In this document: positions 1 to 22,649 of the stretch, one piece after another
Layout of the letters: each line of letters starts with the position of its first letter
How positions within the stretch are numbered: the stretch's first letter is position 1
From: the human T2T-CHM13v2.0 reference genome, Homo sapiens
Direction: 5' to 3' (one strand)
Length of the DNA: 64,000 bases
NCBI RefSeq assembly: GCF_009914755.1
Contig: NC_060927.1
Notes under the pieces: generated by a model
What the model was told of the DNA's origin: nothing
The model's input: the letters and a program-made list of their open reading frames with translations, nothing else
Databases searched by the model: none
Translations under genes and position numbers: made by a program

Positions 1-2535
1 TTCCAGCCTAATTCATTCTATGAAGCAAGCAACAGCCTGATACCAAAACCTGGCGGAGACATAATGATCAAAGAAAACCAGGTCAATATACGTGGTGAAC
101 GTAGATGCAAAAGTCCTCAACAAAATATTAGCAAACCGAATCCAGTAACACATCAAAAAGCTAATACATCATGTTCACTAGGCTTTATCCCTGGGATGCT
201 AGGCTAGTTCATTTGCATTTCTTGATATGCAAATCAATAAATGTGATGCACTACATAATCAGAATTAAAAGCAAAAAACGTATAATCATCTCAATAGATA
301 CAGAAAAAGTTTCTGATAAAATCTAAAATCCCTTCATGATAAAAACCTCAACAGACTAGGCATCATAGGGACATATCTCAAAATAACAATAGCCATCTAT
401 CATAAACCCACAGCCAACATCATACTGAATTGGCACAAGGTTGAATAATTCCCCCTGAGAACTGGAATAAGACAAGGAAGCCTACTCTCACTACTCCTAT
501 TCAGCATAATACTAGAAGTCCTAGCCAGAGAAATCAGGCAAGAGAAAGACATAAAAGACCTCCAGATAGGAAAAGAAGATGTCAAAGTATCTCTGGTCAC
601 TGACAATATGATTTTGCACTTAGAAAACCATAAAGACTTTGGCAAAAGGCTCCTACAATTGGTAAATGACTTTCATAAAGTTTCAGGATCAATGTACAAA
701 AATCAGTAGCATTTCCATACACCAGCAATATCCAAGCTGAGAGTGAAATCAGCAGCACGATCCCACTTACAATAGCCACAAAGAAAACAAAATACTTTGG
801 AATACAGCTAACAAAGGAGGTGAAATATCTCTACAAGAAGGCCTACAAAAGATTTCTGAAAGAAATCAGAGATAAAAACAAATAATGGAAAAACAGTCCA
901 TGCTCATGGATTGAAACAAACAATATTATTAAAATGGCCATACTGCCTAAAGTAATTTATGGATTCAATGATATTTCTATCAAACTACTGATGTCATTTT
1001 TTACAGAATTAGAGAAAAACTATTCTAAAATTCATATGGAAGGAAAACGGAGCTTGAATAGCCAAAGCAATTCTAAGCAAAAAGAGCAAAGCCAGAGGTA
1101 TCACATTAACCAACTTTAAGCTATACAATAAGGCTATAGCAACCAAAACACCATGATACTGGTGCAAAACCGAACAATCAAACAAAGAAACTGAAGGGAA
1201 AACTAAGAAATGAAGCCTTATACTTAAAGCCGTCTAAACTTCAACAATGCTGACAAAAACAAGCAATGGGAAAAGGGCTCCAAATTCAACAAATGGTGCT
1301 AAGATAACTGGTTAACCATATACTGAAGACTGAAGCTGAACCTCTACCATATGCAAAAATTAACTCAAGATGGATTAAAGATTTAAATGTAAGACCTCAA
1401 ACTTTAAAAATCCTAGAAGATGATCTAAGAAATATCCTTTTTGACATTGGACTTAGCAAATAATTTTTGGCTAGGTCTCCAAAAGCAATTGCAACAAAAA
1501 CAAAAATTGACAAGTGGAACCTAATTAAATTTAAGAGCTTCTGCACATCAAGAGAAACTATCAATAAACTAAACAGACAATGTACACAATGGGAGAATCT
1601 ATTCACAAGCTATGCATCCAGTACAGTCCTAATATCCAGAATCTCTAGGAAACTTAAACAATTCAAGAAAAATAAAATAACCCCATTAAAAATGGGCAAA
1701 GGACATGAATAGACACTTCTCAAAAGAAGCCATACAAGTGGCCAATGAATATATAAAAAATGCCCAGCATCACTAATCATCAGAGAAATGCCAATGAAAA
1801 CTACAATGAGATGCCATCTCACCTTAGTCAGAGTAGCTATTCTTCAAAAGTCAGAAATCATAAGACGCTGGCAAGGCTGTGGAGAAAAGGGAGAATTTAT
1901 ACACTGTTGGTGGGAATGTAAACTAGTTCAATCACTGTGGAAAGCAGTCAAGAGATTTCCCAAAGAATGTGATAGAACTATAATTCAACCCAGCAATCCT
2001 ATTACTGGGTATATACCCAAAGGAAAATAATCATTCTACCAAAAAAATGCATGCACTTATATGTTCATCACTGTGCTATTCACAATAGCAATTACATGAA
2101 ATCAACCAACGTGCCCATTACTGGTAGACTGGCTAATGAAAATGTGGTATATATACACCATGAAATGCTATGCATCCATAAAAAGAATGAAATCACGTCC
2201 TTTGCAGCAACATGCATATAGTTGGATGACATGATCCTAAGTGAATTAATGCATAAACAGAAAATAAAATACCACGTGTTCTTACCTATAAGTGGGAGCT
2301 AAACAGTGAGTACACATGGACATAAATATGGGGAAAAAATAGACATGAAGATTTACCAGCAGGGAGAAGGGAAAAGGGGAGTGTGGATTTTAAAATTACC
2401 TATTGGGTACTATGCTCATGACTTGGGTGACAGGATTTGCACCCCAAACCTTAGCATCACTTAATATTCCCATGTAGCAAACCTGCACATGTACTCTGCT
2501 ATCTGAAATAAAAGTTGAAATTAAGAAAAAAATAA
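1..2535 (+). mobile_element. LINE-1 (L1PB-like), ORF2 3' half, 3' UTR and A-rich tail; extends off the left edge
   Basis: Disrupted ORF2 peptides (MAILPKVIY.., [25 protein letters not shown]); 3' end aacctgcacatgta..aaataaaagttgaaatt plus A-rich tail. Confidence 0.9.
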
Positions 2536-2599
2536 ATACAGCACTTTACAATAAAATTCTGAGTTCCACATATCAAAAAAAGGAAATTAATGGAAAGAA

Positions 2600-3600
2600 A
2601 GGGATACAGGCAGTTTTAAAGGAGCACTGGTTTGCTGTGTTAGTAAAGTTCATGCATTATAAATTTAAATTAGAGTGTTGTTTTAGAATATTAAATGGAA
2701 TTACTTTGTTAGTCACAAAGAAAAAAAATAAACACCAAAAGAAATAGGAAGAAAATGTAAATATTTCACTAGTTTTTTAAAAATGAACTAATCATAAAAG
2801 AAGACAGTAATGCAAGAAATAAGGAACAAAATTATTGTAAAACATATAGAAAGCTAATATCAAAATAACAGAAGTCTTTTTTTTATCAGTAATCACTTTA
2901 TAAATGGATAAAGTTCTCTGATAAAGAGACTGAGATTAGCAGAATAAATAAAAAAATGTTAATCCAACTATATGCTGTCTACAAGAAACTTACTTTAGAT
3001 CCAAGGAAACAGAGGTTGAAAGTAAAAGTGTGGAGAAGTATATTCCTTACAAATAGTAACCAAAAGACAGAAGACTCTATTTGACATCAGAAAAATAAAT
3101 TTTATATCAAAAAAGGAAAAACAAAGAAAGATACTTTATATTCACAAAAGTTTCAATACAATGAGATGTAAGAATTTACATTTACACACCTAATATCAGA
3201 TCATTTAAATATAGGAAACAAAATTAGAAAAAATTGAAGGAAGAGATAGTTCTACCATAAGGTTTGAGACTTCAATATCTCACTCTCAATAATGAACAGA
3301 ACACTCAGATAAAAGGTAAGAAGAGAAGTAGAATACTTGAACAACACAATAAACCAACTAGAACCAAGAGACGTTACAAAAAACACTCTATCAAGCAAGA
3401 GAATGCACATTTTTTTGAGTGCACATTAGACACAAGGCAAATTTTCCAGATAGACTCTATATTAGGCCACCAATTGTGTCTCAGTGGATTTTAAAAGATA
3501 GCTGTCATTCAGAATATCTTCTTTGACTACAACAGGATGAATTTAGAAAATAATAACAGAAGGAAAACTGGAATATTCAATAAAATTGGAATTAAACACA
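2600..3600 (+). mobile_element. Old L1M fragment (ORF1/ORF2 junction, endonuclease region)
   Basis: aatccaactatatgctgtctacaagaaac and atagactctatattaggccac match the decayed L1 endonuclease region. Confidence 0.7.
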
Positions 3601-5150
3601 GTCTTACAAGAGAAGCTCAGTTTCTCCAGAGCTTAATTGTGAGCAACCACAGGCTACCACACTAGGGGTAAAGCACAACCAAAGTGTGAGTTACTGTCAT
3701 CAAAGCTAAGGTGCCAGCTACTGCAGTATGGACTCAAGGGCAAGTGCCACCCGGGCTCAGGAATGAGTGACATAAACATTCCCCACCCAGTAGCTTAGAT
3801 TGCCCACCACTAAAGGTGACATTACCTTCCGTAGTGGCAAGAAAGCAGCATGGCCACTCCATTTCCCAACCCTATCATTCCTCTAGTGGCTAGGGATCAC
3901 CATTCACTTGCCTTCCATGGCTGGTTCCTGAATTCACCATTGGGGGACTTGAGGACAAGCCATCCTAGCCTGGGTTCACCCCTACCCCATGCCAGCATAC
4001 ACAGACTAGGGGCCAGGGGACTGCCCATCCCAGTCAACCAATATTGGCACCTGCACACTCATTCCAGGGGCATGAAGTTAGGCCTACCCACCCAACTTCT
4101 ACTGCCACAGCTGGCACCTACCTGCATGCACTACCTGTGGACTTAGAGAGTGACATGCCCAGCCTGTCACAGCCACTGCCAATATCAGTGCACACAACTC
4201 AGGATCCATGATGTCATCCTGCTACTGCTACTGTCATCACTCCTGCCATGCCAGTGCCCAGAGTCCCAAGAACCTATTCCCCACGCCAAGAACCTACTAC
4301 TGGTATCTGAGTAAGCCATCTGGAGGCCCAAGGGTCAGCCTGCCTGGACTCACACTAGTGCCAGCATATGCAACCTGGGGCCCAAGGACAGGCACACTTA
4401 GCCCACTATTGCCACCACTGAGGCCTGAAAACTGACTTACATGGCATCCTAGTCCCTAGAAAAACTTCACCACCGGTTCCACTAATAACTACAGGCTAAG
4501 CCACTAAGGAAAGCACAGACACTACTGATACTGTTTACAGCCAAAGAAATCATGCAGAGGCTACACTACTGCACACACCCAGAATCAGAGCCAAAATTTC
4601 CTATTCTATCAATTCTATAGAGAAATCTTCAGGGAAAAGTCCTCTCCTGTGAAAGCAAATTCAAAAACTTTGAAGTGACTGTTAAACCAAATGTGTACAT
4701 AGAATGCAAGGGCACAGGAAACATGAAAAAGCAAAGGAATATGACAAAAAAGGAAGACAACAATTCTCCAGCAATGGATCCCAATAAAAAAAAAGAATTC
4801 ATGAAATCCTCCCCAAAAGAATTCAAGTTATTGATTCAAAGGAAGCTCAGTGTGATATAACAGAATTCTGAAAACAATGCAAATAATTTTTTAAATGTCT
4901 GGTATGAATGAGAAATGTACCAAGAAGGTAAATATCATTAAAAAGAATCAAACAATTCTGGAACAGAGGAATTAATTGAATGAAGCACAAAATGCATTCA
5001 AAAGCTTCAATAATAGACTGCATCAAGCAGAAGAAATAATTGCAGAATGTGAAGATAGGTTTTTTTAAATAACCTAGTTAGACAAAAATAAGGAAAAAAG
5101 AATTTAAAAAATGAGCATAGCCTTTCTGACATACGGGACACCATAAAGTG
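3600..5150 (+). mobile_element. L1 5' UTR and ORF1 start fragment (L1PB/L1M type)
   Basis: C-rich 5' UTR-like sequence followed by ORF1-like GNMKKQRNMT..KEFKLLIQRKLS. Confidence 0.65.
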
Positions 5151-6565
5151 CCAACAAAAACAACAATAAAACTACAGGCCAATATTCCTGATGAATATAG
5201 ATGCAAAAATCCTCAAAAAAAATACTAGCAAACCAAATTCAGCAGAATATAAAAAGGATTATCAACCATGACCAATTCAAATTTATTCCTGGAATGCAAG
5301 GATGGTTCAGCATGTGACAGTCAAGCAATGTAATACACCACATTAACAGAATAAAGAACAACCATATGGTCTCTTCAATTGATGAAGAAAAAAACCCGTA
5401 TGATAGAATTTAACATGTTTTCATGATAAAAACGCCTAACACTGGGAATAGAAGAAAATTACCTTGACATAATGAAAACCATGTATGAAATGCCCACAAT
5501 AAACATCATACTCAAGGGCAAAATACTAAAGATACTCTAAGATCAAGAACAAGGCAAGGATTACTGCTTTTACTACTTCTATTCCTAGTAATCAAAGTCC
5601 TGGCCAGAGCAATTCTATAAGAAAAAGAAATAAAATGTCTTCAAATTGGGAATGAATAAATAAAGTTATCTCTGTTCACAGATCGTATAGTGTTATATGT
5701 AAATAACCTTAGTAGTCCTACCAAAAACACTGGTAGAACTAATAGATGAATTCAACAATGTAACAGGATATACAGTTATTACAAAGAAATTACATACATA
5801 TTTATACATTAACAATGAATGAATAATTCAAAAAGTAAATTAAGAAAATAATTCCATTTACAGCAGCATCCAAAAAAATAAAATATTTTGGAATTAATTT
5901 AATCAAGAAAGTAGAAGACTTACTAATTTCTGAAAGAAATTAAAGATACAGATAAATGGAAAAACACCCAATGTTCATGAATTGCAATACTTAATATTGT
6001 TGAGAGGTTAATAAAAATCTATACATTTACTATAATTTCTATCAAAATCCCAGTGATTTTGTTTGTTTATTTTTGCAGAAAGAGAAACATTCATTCTAAA
6101 ATTCACATGAGATCTGAAGCAACCCCCAATAGCCAAAACAATTCTGTAAAAGAAGATTAAACTGGGAGAACTTACTTGCTGATTTCAAAATATACTACAA
6201 AGCTACAGTAATCAAAACTGTGGTATGGACATAACAACAGGCATATAGGCCAATCATATATAATACAGAGTCCAGAAATAAACCCCTGAATGTATGGTCA
6301 AATGATTTTTGGCAAGGATGTCTGGATCATTCAATTGAGAAAAGAACAGTCTTTTCAACAAAGGGTGCTGGAAAAATTAGATATCTACATATAGAGAATG
6401 AAGCTGTGACATTACCTGACACCATATGTAAAAATTAAACCAGAAAAATTCCCTAATTGTAAGACCTGATAAAACTCTTTAAAAACAGCATAGGCCAAAA
6501 GTTTTACAACATTGTATTTGGCAATGATTTGTTGAATATAACACCAAAGAGACAGGCAACGAAAG
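5150..6565 (+). mobile_element. Old L1M ORF2 fragment
   Basis: aactacaggccaatattcctgatgaatatagatgcaaaaatcctc and later RT-region similarity. Confidence 0.8.
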
Positions 6566-8005
6566 AAAATCAAATGGACAAAAATACACTAACAAGATCC
6601 AAGGAGAGGTTACAGCACCTGAGTGTAACACAGGAGCAAGAACAGAGGCATGGAGCGTATAGGAAGGATAGTTTTACATTATCTACATCATCCTTACCCC
6701 AATCCTGGGCAGCATAGCAGAAAGAGAGGTACCCTCTGTATGGGGAAGGAAGAGGGAAGTAAACACTGAATTTTGCCATGGACGAATAACAGGGCAGATC
6801 ACAGTAAAAACCAGGGCTAAGCAAAACCCATAGCCCCAGACTCCAGACTGAGCCTCCAGGCCTGCCCCAGTAACAAACTGAATTATTCAGCCTATGTTGG
6901 TGACTCGTTCTCTGGGCCATCCCACTGCCAGCTTGACTTCATTGGCCCCTTTCTCAGAACAGCCCCCACCATCCAAGAGACCAGAGCAGCCCCAGGCTGT
7001 GGACAATCCCTAGAACCAGGATGAAGCCCAGAGCAACAGGTTTAAATTCCAGGAATGCCTGTTGAACTTAGTCTCTGGACGTGACCCCAAATCAGGCTGA
7101 CACCAGTGCCCTCAGACCCTAGACCAACCCCAGTGTTAGACAGGCCCCAGTTTCCATAAATGCCAGAACCACCACAGCACCATGCCAGCCTCAAGAATCA
7201 GGTTCCAGGCCCACTTCAGCACCAGGCCAGCCCCAGTGGCCCTAGTCTTCAGAACTTCCTTAGCACTGGTGCAACTCATACAGCCCTAGCCATCAAGCTG
7301 GAACTTATAGATCTTGAAGACACAACATTTAGGATAACCCAGAGACAATCGAGCCCCTGCAGCCCCAGGTTTCAGGTCTATACCAGCTGTAGGTCAGAAT
7401 TTCTAGTCTCAAACACCAGGTGGGCACCTGTAGACAGATACTCCAGGCCTGCCTAGTGTGCAGCCAGTCTCTGTGGCCCCAACTTCTAGGCCAGCCCCTA
7501 TTGCATCCCACTCCAGCAGACCCAAGTCCAAGCCTGTTCCAGTAGCCCCAGTACTATACCAGTCCCCACAAACCCAGACTTCAAGATTGGCCCTATTCAG
7601 GCCAACCCTCATAGATCTATCCCCTAGGCCAGCAACTGCACACTCAGCATCCAGGATTGCACCAGTGATCACAGGCTACAGGCCAGTTTCCACAGCCTCA
7701 AGCTCAAGGGCAGATCTACTAGCTCCAGTTACCAGGCCAGCAGCCATGATTTTATGCTCCAGACAAGTCCCTGGGGACCCAAACTCCATGCTAGCACCAC
7801 CACTAGGCTGGTGTCAAGCTCTAAAGGACCCAGGTTTCAGAAATGCTGCAGAAGAACTAGGTTCCAGGGCCACACAGTAGACCCTGGCATAGGTCAGACC
7901 TGTGGAATGTTGCTCCAAGACCAACTCACAGAATAAGCCTCTGGATCAACTCTTGCGGACCCAGGACCCACCACAACAGACACAGGTTTCAGGTTTCAGG
8001 CCCAC

Positions 8006-9135
8006 TGTATTAGTCTGGTCTTAAATTGATATAAACAACTACCTGAGACCAAATAATTTATTTTTTTAAAAAAAGAGGTTTAATTGACTCCTGGTTCCAC
8101 AGGCTGTACAGGAAGCATGGCTAGGGAGGCCTCAGGAAACTTATAATTATGGTAGAAGGCAAAGGGGAAGCAAGCATGTCTTACATGGCAGGAGAAGGAG
8201 AAAGAATAAAGGAGGAGGTGCTACACACTTTTAAACAATGAGAGCTCGTGAGAACTCACTATTACAATAACAGCAAGGGGGAAATCCACCCCGATAATCC
8301 AATCACCTCCCACCAGGCCATCCTCCAACACTGGCAATGACAATCTGAGGACTAAGCTCTGATTTTTTATCTTGCCCAAACTCCTACCTAAGGGGTCTAG
8401 AGAGTCATGCCCTACAAACCATAAATTCTCATCAGATGGATTTTATTTGACCCTATATATAGTGACTTACTTTTCAATCTAACTCTGGCATAATATTATG
8501 AGACAAGGAAAAAGTATTTAACCCTAAAATATATTTCCTTGCCATACCTTGAAATTGCCCTGCAAAGTCTCTTGTGAGAAAAATCTACATCCTACAGAGA
8601 AACCCCTTTCTCCTTTGTTCCCAGATACAGGAGATAATCAGCTAAGAGCCAGGCACACTTTTAGGTCCAATAAGAAACATTTTACAGCCTGCTCTTTCTC
8701 TGAAGTCTGCTCTCTTAGAAATTCATCTGCACAATAAAACTTGGTCTCTACAGTCCTTTATCTTAACCTGAACATTCCTTTCCATTGAGCCCAGATCTTC
8801 AGATAAGCTCAACCAACCGTCAACCAGAAAATGTTTAAATTTACCTATAGCCTGGGAGCCCCCACTTTGAGTTGTCCCACCTTTCTGAATCAAGCCAATG
8901 TATTTCTTAAATGTATTTGATTGAAGCCTCATGCCTCCCTAAAATATATAAAACCAAGCTGTACCCTGATCACTTTGGGCACATGTTCCCAGGCCCTCCT
9001 GAGGGCTGTGTCACAGGCCATGGTCACTCACATTAGGCTCAGAATAAATCTCTTAAAATATTTTACAGAGTTTGACTCTTTTTGTTGACAATCTGACATG
9101 AGATTTACGTAGGGATACAAATCTAAACAATATCA
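8006..9135 (-). mobile_element. MaLR solo LTR (MSTA-like), split by a MER4-type LTR
   Basis: tgtattagtc...aaacaatatca termini; 5-bp TSD cccac/ccaac; internal gaggcctcaggaaactta. Confidence 0.85.
8346..9090 (+). mobile_element. ERV1 solo LTR (MER4E-like)
   Basis: TG..CA termini (tgaggactaagctctg...tttgttgaca); aataaa near the 3' end; tgacaatctga at both junctions. Confidence 0.75.
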
Positions 9136-9583
9136 CCAACCTTAGTGCTAGATCAGCTTCTGTGGGCCCGGGCTATAGATTGTTCCAGACAGATCCAATC
9201 CATCGGTCCACCTCAGTGGATTCAGGATTCAGTCTCAACCTCAAGTGCCTAGGCACCAAACTCAACTACCACTAACCCAGATACTAAGCCAGTCAGGCTG
9301 AGGACTCCAGCAGTAAGCTCACCATTAACTATGCCAGATGGCCTCCCCAGAAATTTGGAGTGAACTGACTCATGAATGTCTTTCCCATATGAAGCCAGTT
9401 TGCAAAGATAAAAATAAGTTCTTATCTCTCAAATGCACAACAATCAATAAAAGACAACAAGATATATTTAAAAATCAAGGAGACATGACATCACCAAAAA
9501 AAAAGAATAATCTTTCAGTACCTGACGCTAAAGAAAGGGGGATATACAAACTGCCTGATAAAGAATTCAAAATGATTGCTTTA

Positions 9584-9920
<337 letters not shown>

Positions 9921-10294
9921 AGTACAGAAAAACAATTCATTAAAATCAGGGGTAAAAAAATGACCAAAACAAAAAACTTAAGGGATGAAAATAATTTTAA
10001 AAACATACTATCAACAGAGTAAAAAGGCAGCACACAGAATGGAATGAAGTATTTGAAAGCCATATATCTGATAAGTATAGAATATATAAAGAACTAAAAC
10101 TGTACACAACCGCAACAACAAAAACTTGATTCAAAAGTGGGAAAAAAGACTTGAGTAAACATTTTTCCAAAAAAAGTATACAAATGGCTACTAAGCACAT
10201 GCAAAGAGTACTAATCCTTAGGGAAATGCAAATTAAAACTTCAATGGGACACCACCTGGCATCCATTAATATGGCTACTATCACAAAAAAAGTA

Positions 10295-18222
<7,928 letters not shown>

Positions 18223-18594
18223 ATCACAAGTGCTGGCAGGGATGCAGAGAAATTTTAAGTCTTATGCACTATTGGTACCAATGTAAAATGGTACAGCCGC
18301 TGTGAAAAATAGTATAGTATGGTTCCTCAAAAAATTAAAAGAAAATTACCATATGATTCAGCAGTTCCTCTGCTGGGTATATACTCAAATGAATTGAAAG
18401 CAGAATCTCAAAGACAGATTTCGACACCAAAATTCATAGCAGCATTATTCACAATAGCTAAAACATGAAATCAACTCAAGTGTCCACCCACCACCAATGG
18501 GTTAGCAAAATGTGGTATACATATATATATATGAACCACATTTTACTGTATATATTTATACAGTGAAATATATACCACATTTTACTGTGTGTGT

Positions 18595-18598
<4 letters not shown>

Positions 18599-18644
<46 letters not shown>
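18599..18644. repeat. (TA)n microsatellite
   Basis: About 23 TA units read directly. Confidence 0.97.
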
Positions 18645-18648
<4 letters not shown>

Positions 18649-18810
18649 TGAACTATTATTCAGCTTTAGAAAGAAAATTCTGACATATGCTGTAGCATGG
18701 ATGGATCTTGAGGACATTATGCTAATTGAAATGAGTCGGTCAGCAAAAGACAAATACTGCATGATTCCACTTATATGTGGTATCTAGAGCACTCAAATTC
18801 ATGGAAGCAA

Positions 18811-19140
18811 ACCTCCAATACTTAAAATGTGTGATCTTGGTTGGAACTAGGGCCACTGTAGGTATAGTTGAGATGAGGTACTAGTGAAGTTAAGGTGGGC
18901 CCCATATAAAAGGAGAAGAGACACAGAGATACAGACACAGGGAATCTGCCATGTGACAATGGAAAAGAGGTCAAAGTGCTTCAGCTGCAAGCCAAGGAAT
19001 GCCCATGACTGTGGGTAAGCCACCAGAAGCTAGAAAGGGGAAAAGCAGATTCCTCCCCTACAGGTTTCAGGGAAATAATAACTCTGATTACATCTTGATT
19101 TTGGGCATCCAGCTTCTAGAACTGTAAGACAATACAATTT
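18811..19140 (+). mobile_element. MLT1 (MLT1C-like) LTR fragment followed by a T-rich tract (19,137-19,206)
   Basis: gcaagccaaggaatgcc, caccagaagctag, cagattcctccc, ctagaactgtaagacaataca motifs. Confidence 0.75.
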
Positions 19141-20524
19141 GTTTTTTGGGGTTTTGTTTTTTGTTTTTTTTTGTTTTTTGTTTTTTGTTTTTTTTTTTTT
19201 TTCTTTAAAAAATAAAACTACAGAGACAGAAAATAGAATGGTGGTTGCCAAGGACTGAGAGGAGGGAAGAATCGGAAGTCATTGTTTAATGAATATAGAG
19301 TTTCAGTTTTCCATGATGAAAAATGTCCTGAAGATGGATGGTGGTGATATTTGCACAACAGTATTAATGTACTTAATACCAGTGAACTGTACACTTAAAA
19401 ATGGTGAATATGGTAATTTTATGTTATGTGCATCTTGCCACAATAAAATAAATGAAAAAATAAAATTAAAAAGCATATTACATAAATTTTTACACCTCTA
19501 AAAATGGTAGTTTTGTTATACAGGTATTACAATAAATAGGCTATAGCTACATGAATCAGTATAGACATCAATAACATGAATGTTGAAGATGAAAAGCAAG
19601 CTGAAAATTGATATATTTATATCTATTTATACATCTTTTAACACTGTGAATGAAGCTATATATTTTTCAGATACACCACATACATATTGTGTGACAATAT
19701 AAAAATATCCTTGGAAATCCTGGGCATTCTGAAGTAAATTCAGATTGTGTTTTCTTCTTGGATAGAACATAAGGAACTGAAATTAGAGAGAAACACATCA
19801 ACAGATGAATGGATAAAGAAAATGTGACAGTCCACGGAATGGGATAAAAATATTTGCAAACTATTCTTACGACAAAAGATTAATAACCAGAATATATATA
19901 CAAGTAACTCAATAGGAAAAAAAATCTAATAATCTGATTTAAAAATAGGCAAATATCTGAATGGACTTATCTGTGGGTAAGGCTGCAGCTGTAACCGTAA
20001 TGTTATTCATATCCGTCTATCTATCTATCATCTATCTATAATCTGAAGCAAATATGACAAAATGGGTGGTGGGTAAAAGTGTTTATTTATTTGTCACTGT
20101 AAGTTTTTATAATTTGAATTATTTTATTTGAAATGTTTTAGAAGTTTCATTAATGCAAGTAGTTTATTCAAATTTAAATTGATTCTACCTGTAAGGTGTA
20201 ATTCATGTTTGTCCCAAACATATGCCTATATTTGTTAACTGTGATATTTATTAACATGCTTTTTTGCCCATCTAACACCTCAAATATAAATTTTGAGGGA
20301 TGATTTCACATCCTCAGTATTCACTCATGGTGATATTTTTAGTCACAAAATTTGGGAATATCTTTGTTATTTTTACACCAAACCCAAATATTTTTTCTTT
20401 TCATTTCCAACAGTGAGAGTGGTAAACAAAATTCTTCCATTTGATAATCTTTCTAATATTTACAGAGAATTAATATTCTCTTATTTCTAACTACCTCCAT
20501 TTTCTCTCCATGTCCCTATACGAG

Positions 20525-20711
20525 ATATGTTTGAAGGATTCTCTCAAGACCAGTCATTTCTTGGGGGAGAGATTAACTGAGAAGAACTAAACCCAGCAAG
20601 CCAGGACCATTGTCAATAACTCATGCCCTGGAGTTACCATCTTTGTAACAAACCAGGAGAAGAAATTATATTTGTTGAAGAAAATACAATAGGTGCCACA
20701 AAGAATTCAGG
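20525..20711 (+). pseudogene. Candidate decayed exon of an unidentified gene
   Basis: CTAAC branch site, long pyrimidine tract, AG at 20,523-24; donor G|GTGTGT; two frames each carry only 2 stops in ~62 codons. Confidence 0.35.
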
Positions 20712-21280
20712 GTGTGTTATTAACAGCAAAGAATAATAAAGGCATTACTGAAAAGTATTTTTGATCCTCGGCAGGATACAGTGAGAGTAAAACAGGATCC
20801 ACTGCCTAAAGAAGGGGCTTTAAAGATAATTGGTCTAATTATGACACAGCAAAATATTCCATCTTATTTTTATAAAATTATGCTGTGGATAAGATACACG
20901 GAAGACTAACTCTAAATTTAAAAACAATCATAAGGAAATAAGAAGTCAGAATGAACTGCAATAACACACTGAGTATTAAAATATCTATTAGTTGTTTTAA
21001 CAAGCTTTAATATTCTGATAACTTACTTTCAGGGCAGGGGAATCAAGCATTACTGATATCCAATATTTACAATATTAAAGGCCTAGTTCACTGTGTTTGT
21101 GGAGACATTTGTTTTTGAGACTTCCCAATTGCCTTGGCTATGTTTTATCTTAAATATCTTCACAATGAAGATTCTTATCAATACCTCATCTCAAATAAAT
21201 AAATACCCACCATAAAAAGACAAATATGTTCTTATGTGTTTGAAGGTTTTCCTAGCAGGTTTTGAAAGATTGTCTATACT

Positions 21281-21646
<366 letters not shown>

Positions 21647-22149
21647 TCAAAGTGTCATATAAAAACCTTGCATGGAGGGATGAGAAATGCTGATGTAAAC
21701 ATTAAACCACCAGAAATCATTGTTGCTTTGGAAAACACTAATGACAAGTAACAAAGGCACCAAACATACGGAACTTCCAAAGCTGCTAATATTTTAGCAC
21801 ACACAGAGTTATGTCATAGGCTATAATGCAAATTAAACGAAAACATTTCTAATGCAATCTTGTGGTGATCAACTAGCCACGACAGCCACTGTACTAAGAA
21901 TCCTCCCATTAAAAAATATTTAAGATTTTACTTGAGCACAGTAAAAACATTTGTTGGGATTTGCAATGCACAGTATCCAAGCCAACTACCCAGCCAGAAC
22001 CAAGATTTACCAAAGTTTCTAATAATAGAATCAACCTTGTCTCCTAATATATTACAAACAGTCAGGAAAGCTGCTCTCCTTTCTCATACCTATTCATTTT
22101 TTCCTCATATTTCTATCCTGAGGTACTATACTTGCTATTAAATAATCTG

Positions 22150-22627
22150 TACTCCAAGAAGATATGTATTCTATGATTTCCATGTCCATATTCACATCCT
22201 TCAGAAAATAGTTCGTTCTGACAGTGCTCCACAAAAGGTACATGAAACTTCTTTATTTTCTGACCCAGGGCTGTCTCTGGGAGCTTACTTTGGGAGTGCA
22301 AATATAGTTCAGAAATGGGGGACTTAAAATCCCCAGGTGCAACCCTTGACCCATTGTGAAAAGGAGCCAACGAATAACATTCCCACCTCCTATTATTCAG
22401 ACAGATAATTCTGGGAAACATTTCTACATTTCTCAAAAGTTCTAGATAGAAACAAGCTAGCATTGCCTACAATAGTGACCCCAATATTCAATCTTCATAC
22501 TCTTTTTTCCTTATTTCCTGCCTCATTATCCCAGGAATTCTACTCTATCTGGGACCATCTTGAAAATAAACAACTCATCACAAATCTTTGTCTCAGGCTC
22601 TGCTTTGAAGGAACACCAAGATATCAG
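22150..22627 (+). mobile_element. ERVL LTR16-like solo LTR
   Basis: 3' end aataaacaactcatcacaaatctttgtctcaggctctgcttt typical of LTR16. Confidence 0.6.
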
Positions 22628-22649
22628 AGGATCTTTGGAAAATAGAAAT

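Larger units (their letters stand above)
18223..19470 (+). mobile_element. Old L1 (L1MB-like) 3' end
   Basis: gacaaatactgcatgattccacttatatg; aagatggatggtggtgat; gaactgtacacttaaaaatggt. Confidence 0.8.

Noticed and set aside
7160-7936. Pro/Ser/Ala-rich ORFs up to 140 aa
   Set aside because: They lie in a C-rich degenerate L1 5' region where stops are naturally rare.
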